Assembly: GCA_043820815.1 (NCBI GenBank)
Contig: JBDRDJ010000005.1
Location: forward strand, 172,734-236,733
Direction of reading: 5' to 3'
DNA from: Candidatus Omnitrophota bacterium
GTDB taxonomy: Bacteria > Omnitrophota > Gorgyraeia > Duberdicusellales > 4484-171
DNA: 64,000 nt
The notes beneath the pieces were generated by a model. That model was not told the origin of the DNA and made no database searches. It worked only from the letters and a program-made list of their open reading frames with translations. Below, in pieces: positions 38,742-47,793 of this stretch; position 1 is the stretch's first letter, and every line of letters begins with the position of its first letter. A program made the position numbers and the translations under genes.

Positions 38742-40066
38742 GCGCCTGCCTGCTTTGGAACAATCTCCAATGCTTTATTACCGATATCACGACGGTAATA
38801 CATATTTTCAAATCTTATCTTGCTAATTGCGCCATACGCCTTATCTTGCGCTTCTTTTACAGTATTACCCAGAGCACTAACATTTAGGACTCTTCCTCCG
38901 TCAGTAAAAAACTTAGCCTTTTTAGAATTATCATTAAAAACAGCCTTTGTCCCGGCATGAAAAACATAAACACCGTCATAACCGCTCAAATCATCTAATC
39001 CCTTAATTTCCTTTCCCTTTTCGTAACTGCCTGGATAGCCTCCTGAAGCTAAAACTACCGATATACAAAACCTATTGTCCCATTGAAGCCTGACGCCATC
39101 GAGTCTTCCTTCGGTAGTTTTGAGCATCAGGTCAAATAAATCGCTTTTTAGCTTGGGCAAAACAGCCTGAGTCTCAGGGTCACCGAACCGGACATTGAAC
39201 TCCAGAACATAAGGAACATTATCTTTTATCATGAGGCCCAGATAAAGCATGCCGGTATAAATCTTAGAATCTTTCTTTAAACCCCGTATAAGCGGAATTG
39301 ATACTTTATTTCTTATAATATTATCTAATTCGCTAGTTACAAGCGGAGACGGACAGTATGCCCCCATCCCGCCTGTATTGGGGCCTCGGTCGCCGTCATG
39401 TGCGCGCTTATGGTCAGTGGATGCAAACAGGGGAAGAATATTAGCACCATCCGTAAGGAGCAGCACAGATACTTCCTGGCCGCATAAACATTCCTCTACA
39501 ATTACCCTGCTTCCTGCCTGGCCGAATTTCTTTACTACCATCATTTCATCAATAGCCGCATGAGCTTCGTTTATTGTCCGGGCAACGATCACTCCTTTTC
39601 CCTGAGCAAGGCCGTCTGCCTTAACCACAACGGGAATACCGAATTTTTCGACTGCCCGCTTAGCATCATCAATGTTATTGCATACTTCATATTTAGCGGT
39701 TGGGATGCCAAACCGGCTCATCAACTCTTTGGCAAATATTTTACTCCCCTCGAGCATGGCTGAATCTTTTCCCGGGCCAAAAATCTTTAAGCCGTGCTTT
39801 TTAAAAATATCAACTATCCCGTCAACAAGCGGAGCCTCCGGCCCGACAACGGTAAGGCCAATACCTGTTTTTTTTGCAAAATCAAGCAAACTTCGAATAT
39901 CATCGGCGGCTATATCAATGTTTTCCGCAATTAAAGAAGTTCCTCCGTTTCCGGGTGCGCAATAAATTCTTTCAACTAACGGTGACTTAGATAGCGCATA
40001 AACAATGCAATGTTCCCTGCCTCCTGAACCTACAACCAATACCCTGTTTTTTTCTTTAGCGTTCAT
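38738..40066 (-). CDS. purD: phosphoribosylamine-glycine ligase
   Basis: VLVVGSGGREH, an ATP-grasp core, and GPNTGGMG. Confidence 0.9.
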   Translation of the reverse strand: MNAKEKNRVLVVGSGGREHCIVYALSKSPLVERIYCAPGNGGTSLIAENIDIAADDIRSLLDFAKKTGIGLTVVGPEAPLVDGIVDIFKKHGLKIFGPGKDSAMLEGSKIFAKELMSRFGIPTAKYEVCNNIDDAKRAVEKFGIPVVVKADGLAQGKGVIVARTINEAHAAIDEMMVVKKFGQAGSRVIVEECLCGQEVSVLLLTDGANILPLFASTDHKRAHDGDRGPNTGGMGAYCPSPLVTSELDNIIRNKVSIPLIRGLKKDSKIYTGMLYLGLMIKDNVPYVLEFNVRFGDPETQAVLPKLKSDLFDLMLKTTEGRLDGVRLQWDNRFCISVVLASGGYPGSYEKGKEIKGLDDLSGYDGVYVFHAGTKAVFNDNSKKAKFFTDGGRVLNVSALGNTVKEAQDKAYGAISKIRFENMYYRRDIGNKALEIVPKQAGA

Positions 40067-40078
40067 TGAATTTCAGCC

Positions 40079-40828
40079 TCACTTATAAAACCTTATCCCG
40101 CTAAGCAGCTTCTCGGCTCTTTCATCGATAAGATGGCCTTTCTCACTGGAATATATCAAAATAAGATGTAATACAACATCATTACGCTCAAAAGGAAAAA
40201 TTGCGTAAACACGCCCCTTTAAAGGCGGGCCCTTGGCCTGGAAAATCCAGGAAAAAACTTCGAAGTCATCGCTTTCTTCATTTATTTTATCGATATTTTC
40301 TGAATCTATTCCGAATATTTCTATTTTAGTTCTTTCCATCTGCCCTGAAAAAGACATGGAAAACTCCTCTTTTTCCCTGAGGCTGCCGGGCAAAACATTT
40401 ATTCTGAGAAGCTCTTTGCCGTCCTCGGTTACATAAGAATCTGTTCCTTTTATCCTTTTGAAATCAGATTCAATTTCAAGCCGCACGCCATGCTCGTTAC
40501 TGGTAAAAAGGGAGTAACCTTCAGCGGCCGCAGAAATTTCTTGAGTGCCACCGGAAAAAGATTGCCGGCTAAAACCTAAACCGGCTGATTGGGAAGAAAA
40601 GATTTTTGAGCCTATGCTGTGTAATTCATCTTTTTTAATCGTGATCTCCCCGGTTCCGCGGCGGTAGGCGATCTTTACCCAGACAGCATCTTCGGTTTCC
40701 CTTACGATCTGGCCGTTAATAATATTTCCGTTTTTTAATACTATTTTTTCCGCGCTCACACTTTGAGTAAGAAACAAAAAATAAAACGAAAAAACAACCA
40801 ATGAAAATATTCTAAAGAAATCTTTCAT
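40079..40828 (-). CDS. secreted hypothetical protein
   Basis: Signal peptide ...TQSVSA|EK. No recognisable domain. Inserted between purD and purM. Confidence 0.5.
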   Translation of the reverse strand: MKDFFRIFSLVVFSFYFLFLTQSVSAEKIVLKNGNIINGQIVRETEDAVWVKIAYRRGTGEITIKKDELHSIGSKIFSSQSAGLGFSRQSFSGGTQEISAAAEGYSLFTSNEHGVRLEIESDFKRIKGTDSYVTEDGKELLRINVLPGSLREKEEFSMSFSGQMERTKIEIFGIDSENIDKINEESDDFEVFSWIFQAKGPPLKGRVYAIFPFERNDVVLHLILIYSSEKGHLIDERAEKLLSGIRFYK

Positions 40829-40942
40829 CGTACTTCCCCAATGTACGTTCGGTCATTGTCAGAATTGTCTATTTTCATAAAACTTTTGGCAGTATTAACT
40901 TTTATCCAGGCCGGGCCAAGTTCAATCAAACAAAACATCAAC

Positions 40943-41935
40943 TTATGATATGGTCATTTTATCTTTTTGTTTTGCTATTTCTCCGATAATTGATGAACCG
41001 CAATGCTTTGACAAAATTCTAACTGCTTTTGAGGCAAAAGAAGCCTCAACAACAACCATCATGCCAATACCCATATTAAAAACAGTATACATTTGACGCT
41101 CTTCTATATTTCCCTTTTTCTGAATGATACCAAATATTTCAGGCGCTTCCCAAGTTTTCTTATATATAACCATACCGAATCCTTTGGGTAATATTTTTAC
41201 CGCTTTATCGTAAAATGAACCTCCCGTAATATGGGCGATTCCTTTTACTAAAATACGCCCTGATTGCCGAGCATTGCGCAAAAGAGAAAGAACAGGCTTA
41301 ACGTATATACGAGTTGGTTCAAGTAATTGCCGGGCGTGGTCTCTTATCTCAGATGGCCGCAATGCCCGGCGGACAAGAGAGAATCCGTTAGAATGAAGCC
41401 CGCTGGAAGCCAAACCAATTACGATATCGCCCTGTTTTATTGAACTGCCGTTAATAAGCTTGCTTTTTTCGGCAATTCCCACACAAAACCCTGCCAGGTC
41501 GTATTCATTTGTTTTATACATCCCCGGCATCTCTGCGGTTTCACCGCCCAGCAAAAGACAATCGGATTTTTCTAAGCCATGGCGGATACCTTTGACAACA
41601 TCGTTTAAAATATTAACGTGGATTTTACCGCAAGCGATATAATCAAGAAAAAAAAGAGGCCTTGCCCCTAAACAAATAATATCATTAACGTTCATGGCTA
41701 CCAGGTCAACGCCTACGGTATGATGTATATTAAGCTGTTGGGCTATTTTTAGTTTGGTGCCGACTCCGTCGGTTGAGGAAACCAAAACAGGATTTCTACA
41801 TCCCTTTATATGGGGGTTCAAATTAAACAGTGAACCGAACGCCTTAGGGGCGCCTGCCTGAGAAGGCCTTATCATACGTAAAAACTTATCCGCTCTTTTA
41901 ATATCAACCCCTGACTCTTTATATGTGATGCCCAT
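40943..41935 (-). CDS. purM: phosphoribosylformylglycinamidine cyclo-ligase
   Basis: TYKESGVDI, DGVGTK and GGETAEMPG motifs. Confidence 0.9.
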   Translation of the reverse strand: MGITYKESGVDIKRADKFLRMIRPSQAGAPKAFGSLFNLNPHIKGCRNPVLVSSTDGVGTKLKIAQQLNIHHTVGVDLVAMNVNDIICLGARPLFFLDYIACGKIHVNILNDVVKGIRHGLEKSDCLLLGGETAEMPGMYKTNEYDLAGFCVGIAEKSKLINGSSIKQGDIVIGLASSGLHSNGFSLVRRALRPSEIRDHARQLLEPTRIYVKPVLSLLRNARQSGRILVKGIAHITGGSFYDKAVKILPKGFGMVIYKKTWEAPEIFGIIQKKGNIEERQMYTVFNMGIGMMVVVEASFASKAVRILSKHCGSSIIGEIAKQKDKMTIS

Positions 41936-41945
41936 AATCTAATTC

Positions 41946-42737
41946 CTATGCTTTAAAATAAGTTACGATATTGGTAAAAATAACACGGCCCCAGGGCAAA
42001 TCCTGCTGATGTTTAAAAAAAGGCATATGGTGTTCATATATGCATCTTTCCGGATGGGGCATTAACCCTAAAATCTTACCGGTTATATCTGTAATTCCGG
42101 CAATATTATTCAGAGACCCGTTGGGATTATACGGATATATAGTTTCTTTTGATTGCGGATCAATATAGCGCAATGCCACATGGCCGCGTTTCTCTATTGT
42201 ATCCAAAATATGCGCTTCTGCATAGAACTTTCCTTCACCGTGGGCAACAGGGAGCATAATTGTTTCCGGCAACCCCTTTAACCATATATTCTCGGGTTGC
42301 GGAATGCGGGTATCTGACATCTGACATCTGACATCTGTCTTAAGATACACCCATCTATCTTCAAATCTCCCTGAATCATTAGCAGTTAGCGTAACTTTCT
42401 GTTTAAAATCCATACCAGGTAAAATCCCTGTTTTAACCAGAACCTGGAAACCATTGCATATACCTAAAATAAGGCCGCCTTTATCTGTAAAGCGCATTAG
42501 GCTTTCTTTAAGCCAGTAAACAAATTCCAATGAAAGAATCTTACCGGCGCCTAAGTCATCTCCGTAACTGAAACCTCCCGGTACGCATATAATCTGATAA
42601 TCGGTTAATTTACGGTTGTCCTTAATAAAATTTATGTGTAGAAGATCTGCTTTGGCGCCTGCAAGCTCAAAGGCAAACTTTGTTTCATAGTCGCAGTTAA
42701 TACCAGCCGTTCTTACTATTAACACTTTTGGCTTCAT
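41946..42737 (-). CDS. purQ: FGAM synthase glutamine amidotransferase subunit
   Basis: GGFSYGD, the GICNGFQ nucleophile, and HPER. Confidence 0.85.
   Translation of the reverse strand: MKPKVLIVRTAGINCDYETKFAFELAGAKADLLHINFIKDNRKLTDYQIICVPGGFSYGDDLGAGKILSLEFVYWLKESLMRFTDKGGLILGICNGFQVLVKTGILPGMDFKQKVTLTANDSGRFEDRWVYLKTDVRCQMSDTRIPQPENIWLKGLPETIMLPVAHGEGKFYAEAHILDTIEKRGHVALRYIDPQSKETIYPYNPNGSLNNIAGITDITGKILGLMPHPERCIYEHHMPFFKHQQDLPWGRVIFTNIVTYFKA
42312..42339. repeat. tandem heptamer (ATCTGAC x3 plus ATCTGTC) inside the purQ reading frame
   Basis: atctgac atctgac atctgac atctgtc. The minus strand reads GATGTCA x3 and encodes DVRCQMSD. Confidence 0.85.
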
Positions 42738-42755
42738 TTTTTTATTAATTTTGTT

Positions 42756-45647
42756 TTAGAAACGGAAATCTTTAAAAGTTTTAAGCCACGCTTTTCTAAG
42801 CGAGTCTACGCCGAGACGAATGATTTCTTTACCCTTTGCATCATGAATAATTAATTCCGGTTTCTCGCTGACACAACCTATAAGACCGAAAGGCAAATCT
42901 TCCATGCACTTTTCAAACTCATCTTTCTTTTGCTTTTCAACCTCCACAATAAACCTGGTAGGCGATTCCGAAAAAAGCATTTCATAACTATGCAAAGGCC
43001 CAATGCAGGGCAATTCCCCTAAAAACACACTGGCACCTTTTTGAGATCCAATACACATTTCAGAAAGGCACACAGAAAGCCCTCCTTCTGAAAGGTCATG
43101 GCATGAAATGACAATATCATTTGACAATGCGGCGCTTAAACGGATAAATATATCCCTTGCGGTCTTTCTATTTATCTTAGGAACAAAGCCATCCTTTATG
43201 TTTAAGCTTCTGAAATATTCCGATTGCCCCATGTGAGACCCGGTAATGCCCGCTAAATAAATAAGGTTTCCGGAATTTTTAAAACTTGCTGTTTTAACTT
43301 TCCTGTAATCATCGATGATTGACATTGCTGATATGAGCAGTGTCCCAGGAATTGATATATGGTTATCGCCGACATCATATTCGTTGTAAAGGCTGTCTTT
43401 TCCTGAAATAAAAGGGACTTTATAATACACTGAGAAATCGTAACAGCCCTGCGTTGCCCTGACAAGGCCGCCTAAAACTTCCGGGTTCACAGGGGAACCC
43501 CAGCTAAAATTATCAAGAATAAAAGTTTTTTCCAAAGACGCCCCCACACAAACCACATTGCGCAAAGCTTCGTCTATTGCCAGTGCCGCCATCCAATACG
43601 GGTCAAGATCACTATAAAAAGGGTTTATGCCTACGCCGACAGCAACACATTTATCGCTGTCTAATTTCGGCCTGATACAGGAAGCATCATTTACCGCAAC
43701 CGTATTAATTCCGGAAACCGATTTGATGACTGAGCCTCCCTGAACCTCATGGTCGTATTCTCTAATAATCCAATCCTTACAAGCTATATTCGGCTTTGAA
43801 ATGATATCGATAAGGTCTTTATTGAAACTTTTTTTATCTCTGAGTTCTGTGTTTTTTTCCTCTCTCTTAACCCAGAAAGCATCTTTTTTCAACTGAGGCA
43901 GGCTGAATATAAAATCCATATCTATTTCACAAACTTTCTGGTCAGAATAAAAAAGCGCTAACCGGCGAGTATCTGTTACTTTGCCGATTACGGCAAACTC
44001 CACATCTTCCTCATTAAATATGCGCTTAAGTTCTTTAAGGTTTTCCTCTTTAGCGAAAAGAATCATTCTCTCCTGAGACTCCGATATCCATATTTCCGTA
44101 TAGCTTAAACCTCTGTATTTTAAAGGTACTTTATCAAGATGTACCTCAACACCATAATCCTGTGCCAGCTCGGTTACAGCGCTGCAAATCCCTCCTGCGC
44201 CGCAATCGGTTATTGCATCGAACAAATCTTTTTCCTGTGCCCGTAAAATAGAATCGGAAAGTTTCTTTTCTTCAATTGGGTTGCCGATTTGAACCGCACT
44301 GGTTAAACCTACTGTTTGCTCGTCGAGATTACGGGACGAAAAAGTAGCTCCGTGGATACCGTCCCTTCCTGTCTTTGCGCCGCATAAAATAACCAAATCT
44401 CCCGCAGAGGCTTTCTTAAAAGATTTTTCTTTGGGCAGAATCCCTAAAGTTCCGCAATATACTAAAGGATTCCCCAAAAACCGCTCATCAAACATAACCG
44501 CTCCCGCTACCGTAGGAATACCCATGCGGTTTCCATAATCCCTTACGCCTTTTATAACACCTTTTATTATCCGCTTTGGATGCAATAACCCTTCAGGAAC
44601 ATTATCATAAGACATATGCCAATCAGAAAAGCAGAAAACATCTATTGAAGCAAACGGCTTTGCGCTGCAGCCGGTTCCCAAAATATCTCTTATAACACCC
44701 CCTATTCCGGTTGAAGCACCGCCATAAGGCTCAAGGCTTGAGGGATGATTATGAGTCTCAACCTTAAAGCATACATTGTGAGTTTCGTCAAATACGACTA
44801 TCCCCGAATTATCTCCAAACACAGAAACGCAACTTGCGGAATTTATTTCTGAAGTAGCCCGCATTATCGTTGTTTTAAGAAGATTATCGAAAACTTTCTT
44901 GCTTATAATACTGCCGTTTTCGTCACACTCCTGGTATTCGATAATTCCCCGGAATGTTTTATGCGCACAATGTTCAGACCACAAAGTTGCGATAGTTTCA
45001 ATTTCGCAATCCGTGGGATTTCGGCCGGCCCTGTTGAAATACTCACGGATAATCTCCATTTCTTCAAGCGAAAGAGATAAACAACCGTTCTCAGAAATTT
45101 CCTGAAGCCTATTCTTATCGGCATCTAATATACCTGTGGTTATTAAGTCGAATTTATAATCACAGCCGGAAAATTCATCAAGGGTATCTGCATTCTTTAG
45201 GCGAAAATAATCTATGATATGTTCGATAAGCGGGTTGTATAAAATACGCCGGGCTACATCCTCTATCTCTTTCTCGTCCAAACCTTCGAATTCATAGAAT
45301 CTTGCAGTTCGCGCGGCCTTGATTGGCAAAGAGAGGTCGCCCGCAGCTTTCTCGAGAGATATGCTTACACTATCACACACTCCCGGATTATGAGTAATAA
45401 GTATTTGACGGCTGGTTGGCGGGTTTTCGAATATTCCCTTTGTAATTGATAGATTTTGAATTACCGGATCTACCAAAAGATTCTCTGCTAACCTAAGGAT
45501 TTGTTCATAAGTAAATTCTGCTTCAACAAGATAAACATCCTTTGTGTAAACAGAAACTTTCTTTGTTATGCCTAAATCTTTTATTTCAGATTTAAGCCTT
45601 CGGGATGCCTTGCGCCTTTTAGGAAAAACGTCAATTCGCCAAATCAT
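42756..45647 (-). CDS. purL: FGAM synthase PurL with two N-terminal PurS-like modules (PurS-PurS-PurL fusion)
   Basis: The PurL core has WSEHCAHKTF and ETHNHPS. The N-terminal ~165 aa contain two segments with the PurS pattern (..LLVDPVIQN..; ..ILYNPLIEH..). Confidence 0.85.
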   Translation of the reverse strand: MIWRIDVFPKRRKASRRLKSEIKDLGITKKVSVYTKDVYLVEAEFTYEQILRLAENLLVDPVIQNLSITKGIFENPPTSRQILITHNPGVCDSVSISLEKAAGDLSLPIKAARTARFYEFEGLDEKEIEDVARRILYNPLIEHIIDYFRLKNADTLDEFSGCDYKFDLITTGILDADKNRLQEISENGCLSLSLEEMEIIREYFNRAGRNPTDCEIETIATLWSEHCAHKTFRGIIEYQECDENGSIISKKVFDNLLKTTIMRATSEINSASCVSVFGDNSGIVVFDETHNVCFKVETHNHPSSLEPYGGASTGIGGVIRDILGTGCSAKPFASIDVFCFSDWHMSYDNVPEGLLHPKRIIKGVIKGVRDYGNRMGIPTVAGAVMFDERFLGNPLVYCGTLGILPKEKSFKKASAGDLVILCGAKTGRDGIHGATFSSRNLDEQTVGLTSAVQIGNPIEEKKLSDSILRAQEKDLFDAITDCGAGGICSAVTELAQDYGVEVHLDKVPLKYRGLSYTEIWISESQERMILFAKEENLKELKRIFNEEDVEFAVIGKVTDTRRLALFYSDQKVCEIDMDFIFSLPQLKKDAFWVKREEKNTELRDKKSFNKDLIDIISKPNIACKDWIIREYDHEVQGGSVIKSVSGINTVAVNDASCIRPKLDSDKCVAVGVGINPFYSDLDPYWMAALAIDEALRNVVCVGASLEKTFILDNFSWGSPVNPEVLGGLVRATQGCYDFSVYYKVPFISGKDSLYNEYDVGDNHISIPGTLLISAMSIIDDYRKVKTASFKNSGNLIYLAGITGSHMGQSEYFRSLNIKDGFVPKINRKTARDIFIRLSAALSNDIVISCHDLSEGGLSVCLSEMCIGSQKGASVFLGELPCIGPLHSYEMLFSESPTRFIVEVEKQKKDEFEKCMEDLPFGLIGCVSEKPELIIHDAKGKEIIRLGVDSLRKAWLKTFKDFRF

Positions 45648-45670
45648 CGGGTATTTTAAAGAAGGTGGGA

Positions 45671-46963
45671 TCAGGATAACCCAAATCGGTTATAAATCTT
45701 GTCAATATTAGCAAGATACGCGTATGGATCAAAAATATCGTCTATTTCATTATTCTGCAAAAGCTTCTTTATCTTATGATCGCAGCGGGCTTGCTCCTGG
45801 AATGTCGATCCTTCATTGATAACCCTTAAAGCAATTCTTTGCACTATATCATAAGCCTCGATACGGGAAATACCTTTTTCCATTAATTTAATAAGCATTT
45901 TTTGCGAGTAAATAATACCTCGGTTTAATTCAATATTTTTACGCATACTTTGCGGGTCAACGCGTAAATTCTTCACCACTTCCTTAAACTTTCTAAGACA
46001 GTAAACTAAAATGGCAGTTGTATCGGGAAGAATTACCCTTTCGACTGAAGAATGCGAAATATCTCTCTCATGCCATAGATTTATATTTTCATAAGCAGCT
46101 ACCATATTTGAACGTATAATCCGTGCCAGCCCGCAAATCCGCTCGCAGACAATCGGATTTTGCTTATGAGGCATAGCACTCGAACCTTTTTGCCCCTTAT
46201 AGAACGGCTCCTTGGCCTCGTTGACCTCATTTCTGTGCAGATGACGGATTTCAGTAGCAAAACGCTCAAGAGTCGAGCCGATTAAAGAAAGTATAGCCGC
46301 GTAATAAGCTATCCTCTCTCTTGATACGATCTGAGTTGAAACAGGAGAATTGGCTATACCGATTTTCTTACATATATATTCTTCGACTTCCGGTTCAAAA
46401 TACGCAAAAGTTCCCACAGCCCCCGAAATCTTCCCGCATGCCGCATATGGGATACAATCCTTAAGGAGCTCTCTTTCTTTTTTTAGGTCGTTATACAGAT
46501 AAAGAAACTTAAGGCCAAAGCTGTAAATTTCGGCGTGAACTCCGTGCGTGCGTGCCATGCATAAAGTATCTTTATATTTGACGGCTTTTTCCTTAACCTT
46601 TCTTATTACTTCATCTAAATCCTTTAAGATCATCAAAGTGGAATCCTTTATCTGCCAGGCTAATGTTGTATCTAAAAGATCCGATGAAGTTATGCCTTTA
46701 TGAAGGTACTGCGAATATGCACCAAGCTGGGGAGAAATGTGTTTGAGGAAAGCGATAATATCGTGGTGCGTTTTGTCTTCGATCTTCTTTATTTTCTTGA
46801 CGGATATTATTACTTTATCAAAAGCCTTAGCTGCCCCTTTAGGGATAATCTTTTTCTTCGCAAGAGCTTCGCACAATAAAGCTTCGATTCTTAGAAACCT
46901 TCTAAACTTTTCTTCATCACTCCATATTCCTGCAATATCTTTAGGGTTATAGCGATTAATCAT
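45671..46963 (-). CDS. purB: adenylosuccinate lyase
   Basis: GSSAMPHKQNP signature. Confidence 0.9.
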   Translation of the reverse strand: MINRYNPKDIAGIWSDEEKFRRFLRIEALLCEALAKKKIIPKGAAKAFDKVIISVKKIKKIEDKTHHDIIAFLKHISPQLGAYSQYLHKGITSSDLLDTTLAWQIKDSTLMILKDLDEVIRKVKEKAVKYKDTLCMARTHGVHAEIYSFGLKFLYLYNDLKKERELLKDCIPYAACGKISGAVGTFAYFEPEVEEYICKKIGIANSPVSTQIVSRERIAYYAAILSLIGSTLERFATEIRHLHRNEVNEAKEPFYKGQKGSSAMPHKQNPIVCERICGLARIIRSNMVAAYENINLWHERDISHSSVERVILPDTTAILVYCLRKFKEVVKNLRVDPQSMRKNIELNRGIIYSQKMLIKLMEKGISRIEAYDIVQRIALRVINEGSTFQEQARCDHKIKKLLQNNEIDDIFDPYAYLANIDKIYNRFGLS

Positions 46964-46995
46964 TTTAAATATTGGGGCTTTTGAACCGAAAATTC

Positions 46996-47024
46996 ATAAT
47001 ATCAAAACATACAAAAGGAGTCAA
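46996..47024 (-). promoter_or_regulatory. predicted promoter of the purine block
   Basis: Minus strand reads TTGACT (47019-47024), a 17-nt spacer, then TATTAT (46996-47001). Confidence 0.4.
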
Positions 47025-47101
47025 TTAAAACCTTGTATAACGTTTTCCCGTTTCTTATGTTTAAGGGTAACTACTTGAATCAGCCGCGAAAGAAAAAATA
47101 A

Positions 47102-47713
47102 CTAAGTTTGTTTATTTATGAACCGGTTACATATTGCCTTAATGTCCCGTGCAGCATAGGGAGTTAAAACCATAAAAAACCCGCCTTTTAATCCGGATTT
47201 CTGCTCTTCGAAAATAGATTCAATAAGAAAACAATAATCTAATTTTTCGTGCGCAGCCAAAATTATTCTTAAAATATCAGCTAGGCCTCCGCTGATTAAA
47301 ATCGGGATCGTGGGTATAATCATTTTTCCCAGCATTATGCTCAAGGCATTAGCGTAAGAGGCCACAATGACATTGCCCGTCTCTTTAATCAGTGAAAGGC
47401 TCATCTCCGTGATAATCCCGGGTTTAGTATCAATATCCTTATCCATTCTATAAGAGAGATTTATTAATTTTGATGCGTTCTCGCCGTCAAAAAGTAAAAC
47501 AACTTCTCCCTCAATTCCGGTAAGGAGCTTTGAAAGAGTTGCAATAACTAACTTTTCAAGCTTAAGGTGCGAAGGGGCTTCAAGAGAAGTTATTATGTTA
47601 ACCGTGGGGAATTTGAGCGATATCTTCTTACCCAGTATCTCAGAAAGAGCATTGCTGCCGTGGCCGGCGGCAACGCTTCCTACTTCACGTAAAATATCAA
47701 ATTCATCCTGCAT
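47102..47713 (-). CDS. CheC/CheX-like protein
   Basis: Two CheC-type repeats. The first, EVGSVAAGHGSNALSEILGK, has Ser where the active-site Asn is expected. The second, ETGNVIVASYANALSIMLGK, is intact. No other che genes are in the window. Confidence 0.55.
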   Translation of the reverse strand: MQDEFDILREVGSVAAGHGSNALSEILGKKISLKFPTVNIITSLEAPSHLKLEKLVIATLSKLLTGIEGEVVLLFDGENASKLINLSYRMDKDIDTKPGIITEMSLSLIKETGNVIVASYANALSIMLGKMIIPTIPILISGGLADILRIILAAHEKLDYCFLIESIFEEQKSGLKGGFFMVLTPYAARDIKAICNRFINKQT

Positions 47714-47793
47714 AAAACCTCCTCGTATATTATTTTTTTATAGATCTTGATTATTTTCCATATTGCCCATTACTAATAGTATATTAAAAATGC

